Positions 48,366-60,721 of a stretch of 64,000 nucleotides of DNA are shown here, piece by piece. Position 1 is the stretch's first letter, and each line of letters begins with the position of its first letter. The translations under genes and the position numbers were made by a program. Source of the stretch: Octopus sinensis. Taxonomy: Eukaryota. The notes under the pieces are model-generated. The model was not told the origin of the DNA and made no database searches. It saw only the letters and a list, made by a program, of their open reading frames with translations. The stretch lies in contig NC_043021.1 in the NCBI RefSeq assembly GCF_006345805.1, positions 19,096,001 to 19,160,000 of the forward strand, given 5' to 3'.

Positions 48366-48725
48366 TCATCATCATCATCATCATCATCATCATTTAGCAT
48401 CCGCTTTCCATGCTGGCATGGGTTGGACGGTTCAACTGGAATCTGGGAAGCCAGAAGGCTGCACCAGACCCAGTCTGATCTGGCAGTGTTTCTACAGCTG
48501 GATGCCCTTCCTAACGCCAACCACTCCATGAGTGTAGCGGGTGCTTTTTACGTGCCACCCGCACAGGTGCCAGACGGGGCTGGCAAACGGCTACGGACGG
48601 ATGGTGCTTTTTACGTGCCACCGGCACAGAGGCCAGTTGGGGCGGCGCTGGCAACGGCCAGTTGGGGCGGCACTGGCAACGGCCAGTTAGGGCGGCGCTG
48701 GCAACGGCCAGTCGAGGCGGCGCTG
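48366..48725 (-). mobile_element. Family E with long TSD and internal 25-bp tandem repeat
   Basis: aagcataat(at)gttatacatgtatgtatat at 48337-48366 and 48726-48753. Confidence 0.85.
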
Positions 48726-49027
48726 AAGCATAATGTTATACATGTATGTATATTGTATGTATACATGTATGTATAATGTCTAAAAGTTGATGAATACCAC
48801 CTCTTGATCCTCTCCATTTTCTTATTGCTGTATACACACACACACACACAAGGTGTGATATTGTTGCCATTTTATATTTTCAATTTGCACATGCACATTG
48901 TTTTTGATTTTGTCAATGACACAGTATAGTAGGGTCAGTTGGGCACTGTCTCTGAGAAAAAGAGCACCATGACACAATTCACTCTGCCAGAAATTTTGAA
49001 GTGACATATATTTTTTTCATCTTGCAG

Positions 49028-49217
49028 TGTATAGAATTTGTCCAGCTCTTCAACCAACATGCCTATACAGAGGTTTTGATGTTGACCGTTCAGTGGCTGC
49101 AGATGATGGAATGTATGCTGTTTCCTTTCACACTTTTGCTTGGTGCTCGCTACAGACATGCTTTCGGACATATTTGTCGTTATATGTTCCTGTGTGACAG
49201 ATCTGTCTGTGAAAAAG
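49028..49217 (+). CDS. Coding exon 2: ECL3, TM7, helix 8 (CIEFVQLF...QWLQMMECMLFPFTLLLGARYRHAF...CEK)
   Basis: Acceptor ttttttcatcttgcag|TGT (phase 0) and donor AAG|GTAAAA (phase 1); 190 nt = 63 codons + 1, which exactly bridges exon 1 (phase 0) to exon 3 (phase 1). W-x8-P-x7-RYR spacing matches recalled GPR153 TM7 ([22 protein letters not shown]). Confidence 0.88.
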
Positions 49218-49339
49218 GTAAAAACAAGAATTTTAAATTCGTTTCAGACACAAAATGGTCTTCAGCTTTACTAATCATTTTTTTTTTTTAGAAAATTCAG
49301 CTTCAACTTCCTTCCTTTCATAGTTGTTTAACTTTTATA

Positions 49340-50335
49340 ATTTCATCATCATCATTATCATCATTGTTGTTTAATGTCCACTTTCCATACAGGCGTGGGC
49401 TGGACGGTTTGACAAGCCGGGAGGCTGCACCAGGCTCCAATCTGATTTGGCAAGGTTTCTACTGCTGGATGCCCTTCCTACCGCCAACTGCTCCAAGAGT
49501 GTAGTGGGTGTTTTTACATGTCACCAGCATGGGTGCCAGTCATGTGGCACTGGCTTTGGTCACACTCAAATGGTACTTTTTGTGTGCCACCAGCATGGGT
49601 GCCAGTCAGGCAGCACTGGCATCTACCAAGTTCAAATGGCACTTTTTACATGTCACTCAAATGGTGCTTTTTATGTGCCACCAGCATGAGTGCCAGTCAG
49701 GTGGCACTGGCATCAGCCACAACTATGATTTCACTCAGTTCCACAGGTCTTCACAAGCATGACATATTGCCCAATGATTGAAGGGTGCTTTTAAATGGGC
49801 CAGTTATGCGGCACTGGCATCGGCCACAATTACAATCTCACTTGGCTTGCCGGGTTTTCTCAAGCACAGCATATCTCCAAAGGTCTTGGTCACTTGTCAT
49901 TGCCTTTGTGAGGCCCAACATTCGAAGGTCGTGTTTCACCACCTCATTCCATGTCTTCTTGGGTCTACCTCTTCCACAGGTTCCATCCACTGTTAGGGTG
50001 TGACACTTCTTCACACAGCTGTCCTCATCCATACGCAACACATGACCATACCAGTGCAGTCGTCTTTCTAGCACACCACATCTGATGCTTCTTATGTCCA
50101 ACTTCTCTCTCAGGGTGCTTACACTCTGTCATGTATGCACACTGACATTACACATCCAGTGGAGCATACAAGCTTCATTTCTTTCAAGCCTATACATGTC
50201 CTCAGCAGTCACAGCCCATGTTTCACTGCCGTGTAGCATGGCTGTTCACACACATGCATCATACAGTCTACCTTTCACTCTGAGCGAGAGGCCCTTTGTT
50301 ACCAGCAGAGGTAGGATCTCTCTGAACTTTTGCCC
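49340..50335 (-). mobile_element. RTE-clade LINE 3' ~1 kb (RT C-terminus plus 3' UTR)
   Basis: KGRLYDACV*TAMLHGSETWAV...RRLHWYGHVLRMDED...GRGRPKKTW...DLWRYAVLEKT. The 3' UTR equals the family E sequence. Confidence 0.92.
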
Positions 50336-50609
50336 AGGCTATTCTCATTCTAGCAGCTCTGCAAAGGGATTTTGGAAGAGAATGCCAATTCTAATTTTTG
50401 GCAGATTATTTAACATCGTTACTAATACAATTAAGAAATTTAATTTCACACTTAAATGGTTAAGATGTACATTAGTAGGTTGATGAGAAATAAATCTAAA
50501 ATAATCTTTTACCTTTTACTTGCTTCAGTCATTAGACTGCAGCCATGCTGGGGCACAGAAATAGATACAAAAAAATAACATAGGGAGGAAAGTGAATTGT
50601 ATGGTATTT

Positions 50610-50770
50610 TGCCCATCTTTGCATTCTAAGTTCAAATTCTGCCGAGGTCAGCTTTGCCTTTTATGCTTTCAGGGTCATTAAAATAAGTACCAGTCAAATA
50701 CTGGGGGTCAAGGTAATTGACCAACCCACTCCCCCAAAATTTCAGGCCTTGCGCCTGTAGTAGAAAGCAT
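50610..50770 (+). mobile_element. SINE-B, short-tail variant
   Basis: aagttcaaattctgccgaggtc...ccccaaaatttcaggccttgcgcctgtagtagaaag + (ATT)n. Confidence 0.75.
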
Positions 50771-50794
50771 TATTGTTATTGTTGATGCTGTTTT

Positions 50795-51017
50795 TTCCTC
50801 CTCCTCCTCCTCCTCCTCCTCCTCCTCCTCTTCTTCTTCTTCTTCTTCTTCTTCTTCTTCTTCTTTATCTTCTTCTTCTTCTTCTTCTTCTTCTTCTTCT
50901 TCTTCTTCTTCTTCTCCTTCTCCTCCTCCTCCTCCTCCTCCTCCTCCTCCTCCTCCTCCTATATTAAATATGCTAACACTAACTTAACTATTGTTTATTC
51001 CTCCTCCTCCTCATCAT

Positions 51018-51049
<32 letters not shown>

Positions 51050-51202
51050 TTGACATCACACAGTATCCAATATTGTGAGGTTGTTGATTGAAGATATTGT
51101 GTCTACCAGGGGTTTGTATTGTTTGTCAAGTCACAACAAGAACCTCAGACAGACAGTACTTTACACCTGATGATGATGATAATGATAATAATAATAATAA
51201 TT

Positions 51203-51234
<32 letters not shown>

Positions 51235-51248
51235 TATCATTATTATTA

Positions 51249-51279
<31 letters not shown>

Positions 51280-51315
51280 GCTGCTGTCTAATTATTATTA
51301 TTATCATTATCATTA
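50795..51315. repeat. (CCT)/(CTT)/(ACT)/(CAT)/(ATT) triplet tracts in intron 2
   Basis: Direct reading. Confidence 0.9.
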
Positions 51316-51334
51316 TCTTTTTTTTTCTCTGCAG

Positions 51335-54300
51335 AATCAACCTGCAAGTTGCAATCATATCGCCTAAAAGCCCACATCCAGGAGCAAAATTTAAAATTAC
51401 AAGAGAATCTAGCATCAAAGAAAGACCAATCTCATCCAGGCAAACCACAAAACAAGATTGGGTCAGCAGTGCCAACAGAGAAAGAGGGTGCTCTGTCCTC
51501 AGATCAAGACACCAAAACCCGCGTGCAAGCCGATGTGCACATCTACTCAACAACCCCTACTCGGCATCTGCTCAGTGTTTCAACCCCACGTCGGAAACAG
51601 TCCCTGGCAAACATAAATTTAAACCTGGAACGTACTGCGTCATCGTCTCTGTTGCCTGTCATCGCTGAGAAACAGCGGCAGAGAGCAGCCTCAATCTCAT
51701 CTCCTGTTGAATCCCCAAAAGAAAAGCATCAAAGCCCTTCTTCAGCTTCTGTCTCTGTTGTTGTTCATGATAATAATACTAAGTATTACAACACGAACAA
51801 TAATAATGTCCACGGTGCCGTGAAATCTGCAGAGAGTGAATTGAACAGTTCAAAACCTTCGTCGCCCGTCAATTCAGAATCAAGCAGTGCTCAGACATCG
51901 GAATTGTTCGATGAAGATGACATTGCAGAGGTCCTTGATCGATCACCCTCACCACCACCACATCCACTGTCCCCACCTCCACCGACGCCACCGAAAGGAT
52001 ATGAAAACGCAATTAGCAGAGCACCAATTGCTATTACTGTAACCGCCTCTGAGAGTGACGAAGCAAATGCAGTAACGAGCAGTAGCAATGATAAAAATTA
52101 TCGAGGTGACGATAAAAATGTCCCAGTACCACCAACAGCGACTTCCTCGGGGGCACAGCCCAAACATCAATCAACCACGACACAGGGTGAGATATGGACA
52201 TCAAAATCTCAATGTCTTCCCACTGCCCCATCTGGTGTGAGTTTTGATTTCCATGGGCCAAAACCTTATTTCGAACCCATTTCGGAAAACTCTAGCATCA
52301 TCAGCGAGGATGCACATTCAAAAGGTCTCCAGTCAACAACTTTATACAAAACAAAACCCTCCTACATGCGTTCCGAATCCTTCCTTCAAGCAGTGTCTTC
52401 CAGTTCTGCTTACGGAAGCACCACAAAGCCAGTCAGCAAGTTCAAATTGCTATCCAAAGCATTAATGTCTTTCAGCTGGTTAAAGAACAAGACGGTGCAG
52501 CCTAATTCCTCTTCTTCTCATCATTTCGAATCTGCAGACGATTCCCCAAAGACGTCGATGTTTCCCATGTTTAGTCGCAAGAAGAATTCAGAAGAAAACC
52601 CAGAAGAAGACCAGTCCAGATATACACTAACGACACAACCAATATCTCAGTCTCGGCGTAAGAGTGTCGCATTTAAACCGGACGATAACCTGATGTCTGA
52701 GAAGGCTGACGATGATTCGGAGGGAAAATCTAAGGAAGGGAATGACACGGCAACGATTTCAGAATCGGTCACGCTCTCTTCGACAAGCTCAGTTATTTCG
52801 TTACTTGGTCAGAACAAGTCCGACGAGAATGATCATAACACACTGACAGGAATTGCAAACTTGGGGGCGGATTTCACCGATGAATCTTCTGTAAAACCTC
52901 CAAAAGATAATCAGAAAATCGACGGAAACGATAGGGAGAAATCGGTTGACATCAAGAGAAAGAATGAAAATTACGCTGACCACCACATTGAAGAAAGGCA
53001 AACAGAGAACAGCACTCCCCTCTATCAGTCAGAAAATACAAACAAACCACAGCGTGAAAATACACCAGTCGCTTTACGGAAACTTCCGCTTCCACCATCA
53101 CATTTGTCTAAGATTGCAGCCGCTACCGACAAAAAGAAGGGCCCTTCTCAAAACCCATTGACCTCCCAACCTCTCGCTGTATTAGCTAAAAGCAAATCGC
53201 CGCCTTTCCCTCCACCACCACCGCCGCCACAAGCAGCCCCACCGCCACCGCCGCCACCGCCACCACCACCACCACCACCAGCGCCTCCACTGCCTTCATC
53301 CACTGCAAAGACAAATCGAGCAAGTCCTTCCACAAATTGCCTTAAAAATGCCAACAGTGAGACACCTAATAAGAATTCTCAGTCAAAACCATCTCCTGAA
53401 GCTCAGACTCAGAAGCGCCCGTCCCTCATCACGACGGAACTATTGGCCTCTCACGATATCATAAAACGTTTACGCAACCAAGCAGAAAAGCACATGGCGG
53501 AGTCATCTGCAGAGAACGCGGACCTGAGTGACCAGATCAGCATCGATACTACAAGTGGAACCTACCTTCAAAGCGATGAAGACAAATCTGTCTCCGAATG
53601 TGTCCAGGACTCTTTGTTGTTGTCCAGTTTTAATCGAATGTATCGCAGTGTTTCAGACGAATCCATTTTCTCACACATTGGTAGTGAAACCAAAGAGATG
53701 CCACCTAGTCTCTCTAAAGCTACGGATGACCTAACCATGGCTGGTTTTTCTGATATAAACCGAAGTCTCTTTTGGCCGAATCTGAAAAATGCTCGGCAAG
53801 GTACTCGATCGGCAAACGACCTTCATTTGATTGCTTATGTTCCGCCAATAGCATCGCGAACCATTCCAGTACAGAAAGTTAAGGCTCTCCAAGCGACATC
53901 TCCAGATAGAAATGTCAACAAACCTGAATCTCCAAAGTATGAAACAGGTAAAAAACTCGAAGAAAACGATGAAAAGGACGAAGATGATCTCAGCGATTCG
54001 TCATCAACAGATTCTTTGAAATGTCTGAAAATTCTTAAGAAAATCGAACAGGAATCTGATAGAGAAAAAGTAGAGCGGTTACGACAAGAACTCATGGACG
54101 TTGACACGCTTCGAACATCCCCGCTTTTTATACGGAAATTGGAGAAAGAACTGTTAGCAAGGAAAAGGTCGGCCGAGAAAGTCGAAAAGCCTATAATGGC
54201 AAGCGTTCGGACTGTGGAAGGTCCAGAGAAGGTTTTACCACCAAAATCCCTGTTTAACATTGATGACGGTTCACCAAGGTCTCTGAGGAGATTCCTTGCT

Positions 54301-54486
54301 GAAGTTATAGCAGAGAGGCAGGATGTTGCCAAATCTGCTATTGCATCCTCACCTTCATCACCATTTGCAACGGCGCCTCAGTCACCATCTTACACATCGT
54401 CACCAGCAAGAACAGACAGCACGATTAATTCTGGCCAGACTGGCCACAGTATAAATGCCATTATTGATGTGAAGACAATTGTTTGA
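51335..54486 (+). CDS. Coding exon 3: ~1050-aa Ser/Pro/Lys/Glu-rich cytoplasmic tail, stop TGA
   Basis: Acceptor ttttttttctctgcag|AA, phase 1 (G+AA = Glu). 3152-nt uninterrupted frame in non-repetitive sequence (track ORF 51349-54486, 1045 aa). Total CDS 768+190+3152 = 4110 nt, divisible by 3. Confidence 0.88.
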
Positions 54487-54849
54487 AAACAACCATTTCC
54501 CAGCATCTGTGTTCTTTAGGAGAGGTAAGATATCTGAAAACATCATTGTTATTTTTTTTTTGTCATTTTTTTTTTTAAACCTGATAATTAACATGTTATA
54601 TAATTATTATTTCTAATTAGTGGAAGTTGTTACTTGTACTAACTGAAATTGTTAAAAAAACAATATCAATCATTTCCTCGCCCCATAATTATTTGTAATT
54701 AGCTTTCTAATGCTCACTATGCTAACACTAACTTAACTATTATTTCCTCCTCCTTCTCCTCCTCCTCCTCTTCTTCTTCCTTCTCCTCGTCATCGTCATC
54801 ATCATCGTCATTGTCGTTGTCGTCATCATTATTGTTGCTGTTGTCAATT

Positions 54850-55122
54850 TGGTAGACAGAAACTGAAAGAAGACCGTCGTATATATCTATATATAAATGT
54901 ATGTGGGTGTATATGTTTGTGTGTCTGTGTTTGTCCCCCCAACATCACTTGACAACTGATGGTGGCGTGTTTAGGTCCCCGTAACTTAGCGGTTCGGCAA
55001 AAGAGATTGAAAGAATAAGTACCAGGCTTCCAAAGAATAAGTCCCGGGGTCGATTTGCTCGACTAAAAGGCGATGCTCCAGCATGGCCACAGTCAAATGA
55101 CTGAAACAAGTAAAAGAGTAAA
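54850..55122 (+). mobile_element. SINE-A, 5'-truncated
   Basis: Family motifs. Confidence 0.85.
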
Positions 55123-55214
55123 GTATTTTGCCCCCACATGTTAACAATTCTGCCAGTTCAACACTCCCAATAATAATTAAAAAATAATAATGACGATAAT
55201 AATCCATCCTTCTC

Positions 55215-55645
55215 AAGGCACAAGACCTGAAATCTTGGGGAAGGGTCGATTACATCAGCCCTAGTACTTCACTAGCACTTAATTTATTGACCCCTGAAAG
55301 AATGAAAGGCAAAGTCGACCTCGGCAGAATTTGAACTCAGAACATAGTGACAGGTGAAATACCGCTAAGCATTTCATCCAGTGTGCTAATGATTCTGCCA
55401 GCTCGCTGCCTTAACAATAATAATAATAATAATCCTTTCTATTATATGCTTAGGGCCTGAAATTTCTGGGGAAGGGACTAGTCAATTGCATTGACCCCAG
55501 TATTTCACTGGTACTTAATTTATCAACCCCGAAAGAATGAAAGGCAAAGTCGACCCTGGCAGAATTTGAACTCAGAATGTAGTGACAGGTGATATACTGC
55601 TAGGCATTTCATCCAGCATGCTAATGATTCTGCCAGCTTGACACC
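55215..55645 (-). mobile_element. Two SINE-B short-tail copies (55215-55415, 55450-55645)
   Basis: Family motifs, separated by (AAT)n. Confidence 0.8.
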
Positions 55646-55804
55646 TTCCCCATAATAATTCAATAATAATAATAATTATAATTATAATAATAATAAGTAA
55701 CACTTTCAATACAGTAACCATCAGAGCATCACAGCAAACCACAGAAGGCACACAGAGCTGCGCTAAGTAGTGAAGTGAAAGCACGATATAAAAATAAAAC
55801 TACT

Positions 55805-55809
55805 GAATG

Positions 55810-55846
<37 letters not shown>

Positions 55847-55922
55847 GAAGAAGAAGAAGAAGAAGAAGAAGAGAAGAAGAAGAAGAAGGATGATGATGAT
55901 GATGATGATGATGATAATAATG

Positions 55923-55977
<55 letters not shown>

Positions 55978-56215
55978 AGATGATGATGATGATAATGATA
56001 ATAATAATGATAATAATAATAATAATAATAATAAAGATGATGATGATGATAATGATAATAATAATGATAATAATAATAATAATAATAATATAATAATAAT
56101 AATAATAATGATGATGATGATGATGATGATGATAATGATAATAATAATAATAAAATAATAATAATAATATAATAATAATAATAATGATGATGATGATGAT
56201 AATAATAATAATATG

Positions 56216-56257
<42 letters not shown>

Positions 56258-56319
56258 TAATAATAATAATAATATGATGATGATGATAATGATAATAATA
56301 ATGATATAATAATAATAAT

Positions 56320-56360
<41 letters not shown>

Positions 56361-56394
56361 AATAATAATGATGATGATGATGATGATAATAATG

Positions 56395-56431
<37 letters not shown>

Positions 56432-56469
56432 TAACAATAATAATGATGATGATGATGATGATAATAATG

Positions 56470-56524
<55 letters not shown>

Positions 56525-56530
56525 TGATAT
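55805..56530. repeat. ~730-bp (AAT)/(GAT)/(AAG) microsatellite
   Basis: Direct reading. Confidence 0.95.
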
Positions 56531-57350
56531 ATTAAAAAGACCTATCAGAGATGGTGTAGCTGTGTACTTGTATGTCAATGTGAATCAATGATGTTAATTG
56601 GAAGATCAATACTATGAAATTGGCTGCACCTCGTCAATAATAAAAGATCACATCCAGCCAAGTGGTTTTATTTATAGCCCATTCTCTTATTTGTTCTACA
56701 ATAATAAAGGGTGTTGTCGTTGTTATTGCTGTTGTTACTGTTTAACCCCAACCTGCTAAAACAGAGCAGACCCACGATCAAAAGTGTTCCAAAGTTGACC
56801 CTCCCATTTGTCATTTTTTTTCTCTTTTTTTTTTGTCAGACTTAGTGACTAAGGGCCACAGTATCCGATGTCTCCCTTTCGTTCTTAAGACAGTAGGGTG
56901 TAATTTGAGGGTTATTTAACTGCTATTTCTCACAGACCGAGCAACCACCTTTAGGCAGGCCGCCTGTTGCCTTGTTAATGATGTTGTGTTTGTGTTAAGA
57001 GTACGTCCGACAACAGAAGGGTTTGTTGCAAGGGGTGGGTGGTCCAGTGACAAGTCTGGTGTAAATTTAGACATGAAGGCCATACTGCTGCGTGACTCAG
57101 TTAAATTACACACTTCAGTGCATAGAGTGCAGTTCATTTGTTGTACACCTGAGCACTGTATACAACAAACTCAGCAGCACACCTGCGTCTGTCCTCATTC
57201 TTGATCCCCCCACTCTCTGGGAAACCATGTACCTCCTCTACAGCAAGACACCTGTTTCTGTCTCTCTGTCACACTCTAACCTTTCATGTTCTGACACAAG
57301 ATCCCCTCCTCCAATGCACCCTCCCCTCTCAAAATTCCTTGTCTTGTGAG

Positions 57351-57712
57351 CTACTTGGTGACCCTACCAGTGCAGGTGCCACACTTGGTGACCCTACCAG
57401 TGCAGGTGTCACACTTGGTGACCCTACCGGTGCAGGTGCCACACTTGGTGGCCCTACCGGTGCAGGTGCCACACTTGGTGACCCTACCGGTGCAGGTTCC
57501 ACACTTGGTGACCCTACCGGTGCAGGTGCTATACTTGGTGACCCTACCGGTGCAGGTTCCACACTTGGTGACCCTACCAGTGCAGGTGCCACACTTGGTG
57601 ACCCTACCAGTGCAGGTTCCACACTTGGTGACCCTACCGGTGCAGGTGCCACACTTGATGATCCTACCAGTGCAGGTGCCACACTTGGTGACCCTACCGG
57701 TGCAGGTGTCAC
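57351..57712. repeat. Minisatellite, 12 x 30 bp (ACACTTGGTGACCCTACC(A/G)GTGCAGGTGCC)
   Basis: Contiguous units without spacers; abuts a family E element. Confidence 0.97.
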
Positions 57713-57990
57713 TTAAAAAGCACCCAGTCCACACTATGAAGTAGTTGGCATTTTGGAAAGGCATGCAATTGTAAAATCCATACCAAAACTAACTTTGTCG
57801 GTGCTGGTGCCCTATAAAAAGCTCTCAGTCCACCCTGCATGGTAGCTGATGTTAGGAAGGGCATCCAACTGTAAAAACCATGCCAAAACAGACACAGAAG
57901 TTTGGTGCGGTTTTCTACCAGGTCAGCTCCTGCCAAACCATCCAACTTATACCAACATGAAAAGTAGAAGTTAAAACAATGATGATGATG
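57713..57990 (+). mobile_element. Family E variant
   Basis: taaaaagcacccagtcc...gttaggaagggcatccaac... + (GAT)n. Confidence 0.7.
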
Positions 57991-58019
57991 AGGAGGAGGA
58001 GGAGGATTTGTGTGTGTAT

Positions 58020-59185
58020 ACTCTTTTACTTGTTTCAGTCATTTGACTGCGGCCATGCTGGAGCACCGCCTTTAGTCGAGCAAATCGACCCCGGGACTTA
58101 TTCTTTGTAAGCCCAGTACTTATTCTATCGGTCACTTTTGCCGAACCGTTAAGTGACGGGGACGTAAACACACCAGCATCGATTGTCAAGCAATGCTAGG
58201 GGGACAAACACAGACACACACACACACACATATATATACATATACGACAGGCTTCTTTCAGTTTCCGTCTACCAAATCCACTCACAAGGCATTGGTCGGC
58301 CCGGTGCTATAGCAGAAGACACTTGCCCAAGATGCCACGCAGTGAGACTGAACCCAGAACCATGTGGTTGGTTAGCAAGCTACTTACCACACAGCCACTC
58401 CTGCGACTATGTGCATGTTTCATATATTTGTAAAATGTAAAATTTCTGAAGCCATTAAAAGAAGAATTTCTGATGTCTTGGAGGGATCCTTTTTCGTTGA
58501 AAGGAGCACCAGAAATGTTTTTCATCGCCCTTAGTTCGTGACAGGGTTGTAGCAATGATTCTCAGCCCTTGGGGATGAGGGTGACCCATTTTCGAAGCCC
58601 TCTTCTTAATTAACAGGTATGCTAGGCCAGGTGAAACAGTGTACAATTGACTACTCTACCTGTCCCATTTTTCTCTTCTCTGGCCCATGAGTGCATAGGT
58701 AAATAGCTTCTTCGATTATGGATTTATTTCACCTGTGTGAATATATATACTTAAATATACATATATACATTAATATATATATATATATCTTTTACTCTCT
58801 TTTACTTGTTTCAGTCATTTGACTGCGGCCATGCGGGAGCACCGCCTTTAATCGAGCAACTCGACCCTGGGACTTATTCTTTGTAAGCCCAGTACTTATT
58901 CTATCAGTCTCTTTTGCCAAACTACTAGTGTGACGGAGACATAAACACACCAGCATCGGTTGTCAAGCAATGCTAGGGGGACAAATACAAACATACACGC
59001 ACACATATATATACATATATACGACGGGCTTCTTTCAGTTTCCGTCTACCAAATCCACTCACAAGGCCTTGGTCGGCCCGAGGCTATAGGAGAAGACACT
59101 TGCCCAAGGTACCACGCAGTGGGACTGAACCCGGAACCATGTGGTTGGTAAACAAGCTACTTACCACACAGCCACTCCTGCGCCT
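58020..59185 (-). mobile_element. Two full-length SINE-A copies (58020-58405, 58790-59185)
   Basis: Family motifs. Confidence 0.88.
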
Positions 59186-59229
59186 TATATATATATTGGT
59201 CCAAAAAATCACACACACACACACACAGA

Positions 59230-59390
59230 TCATCATCATCATCATCATCGTTTAACGTCCGTTCTCCATGCTAGCATGGGTTGGACGGTTCGACCGGGGA
59301 TCTGGGAAGCCAGAAGGCTGCACCAGGCTCCGGTCTTATCTGGCAATGTTTCTACAGCTGGATGCCCTTCCTAACGCCAAACCACTCCGA
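59230..59390 (-). mobile_element. Family E fragment (another at 61305-61460)
   Basis: Tail motifs. Confidence 0.75.
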
Positions 59391-59644
59391 TGTATGTATT
59401 TTATTATTTCACTATTTTAGTATTTTCTCAGTACCTCTCATCTTTCCTAACAAAAAAAAACAATCATTTTATTTTTTTTTTTCTCGCAATTATTTTTCAT
59501 CCATTCTGATGATTGGAAGAAACAAAAAGAAAGACACATCAAAGTATTTGTAAAGAGAAACAAATTCTGCTTCAGTTCCCTTCCACCATAAAACAGATGA
59601 TTAACGGCTGACAAAAGGACGACCTTGTTGGGCTTTTGTTCGTT

Positions 59645-59673
59645 CTGTTCTTACTCTTTGTGTGTGTGTGTGT

Positions 59674-59712
<39 letters not shown>

Positions 59713-60440
59713 GTGTGTGTCTGTGTGTGTGTGTGTGTGTGTGTGTCTGTTTGTGTGTGTCTGTGTTGTGTGTGTGTGTGTCTGTGTGTGTGTGTGTCTG
59801 TGTGTGTGTGTGTGTGTGTGTGTTCATTTTGTGTGTGTGTGTGTGTTGTCGTGTGTGTGTGTCATGTGTGTCTGTTTGTGTGTCATCATGTGTGTGTGTC
59901 TGTTTGTGGTGGTGTGTGTGTTGTGTGTCTGTTTGTGTGAGTCTGTGTGTGTGTGTGTATGTTTGTGGTTGTGTGTGTGTGGTGTGGTCGGTGTGATGTG
60001 TTTGTTGTTGTGTGGGTGTGTCTGTGTGTGTGTGTCTGTTGGTGGGTGTCTGTGTGTGGGGTCTGTTGGGTGTGGTCTGTGTGTGTGTGTGTGTGGTGTT
60101 GGTGTGTGGCGTGTCTTGTGGTGTGTCTGTTTGTGTGAGTCTGTGTGTGTGTGTGTGTGTCTGTGTGTGGTCTGTGTCTGTGTGTGTGTGTCGTGTGTGT
60201 GTGTGTGTGTCTGTGTGTGTGTGGTGTGTCTGTTGTGTGTGTGTGTGGTGTGTGTGTCGGTGTGTGTTCTGTGTGGTGTGTCTGTGTGTGTGTCTGTGGT
60301 GTGTGTGGGTGTTGTCTGTGTGTGTGTGTCTGTTTGTGTGTGTCTGTGTGTGTGTGTCTGTTTGTGTGTGTCTGTGTGTGTGTGTCTGTGTGTATGTGTG
60401 TGTGTGTGTGTCTGTTTGTGTGTGTGTGTGTGTGTGTCTG
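59645..60440. repeat. ~800-bp degenerate (TG)n tract
   Basis: Direct reading; source of the Cys/Val and His/Thr pseudo-ORFs. Confidence 0.92.
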
Positions 60441-60489
60441 TTCAATTCTTGCAAAGCTCAACTTGCATCACTGTCATCTGGTCAGCATC

Positions 60490-60715
60490 GTTGTCGCCAT
60501 TGTCATCATCATCATCATCACCACCACCATCGTCATCATCATAATCATCATCATCATCACCACCACCACCATCGTCATCATCATAATCATCATTGTCATC
60601 ATCACCACCACCATCGTCATCATCATAATCATCATTGTCATCATCACCACCACCATCGTTATCATCATAATCATCATTGTCATCATCACCACCATCATCG
60701 TCGTCGTTGTCATCG
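60490..60715. repeat. (CAT/CAC) minisatellite, ~36-42-bp unit x5
   Basis: catcgtcatcatcataatcatcattgtcatcatcaccaccac repeated. Confidence 0.85.
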
Positions 60716-60721
60716 TACCAT

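Noticed and set aside
53200-53295. Formin or WASP gene suggested by the polyproline tract
   Set aside because: No FH2, WH1 or acidic terminal domain is recognisable, and the exon joins the GPCR in frame.
53835-54332. 165-aa and other antisense ORFs over exon 3
   Set aside because: Shadow frames of a long coding exon; no independent signals.
57351-57712. CRISPR-like array
   Set aside because: The 30-bp units are contiguous with no unique spacers, no cas genes are present and the context is eukaryotic; it is a minisatellite.
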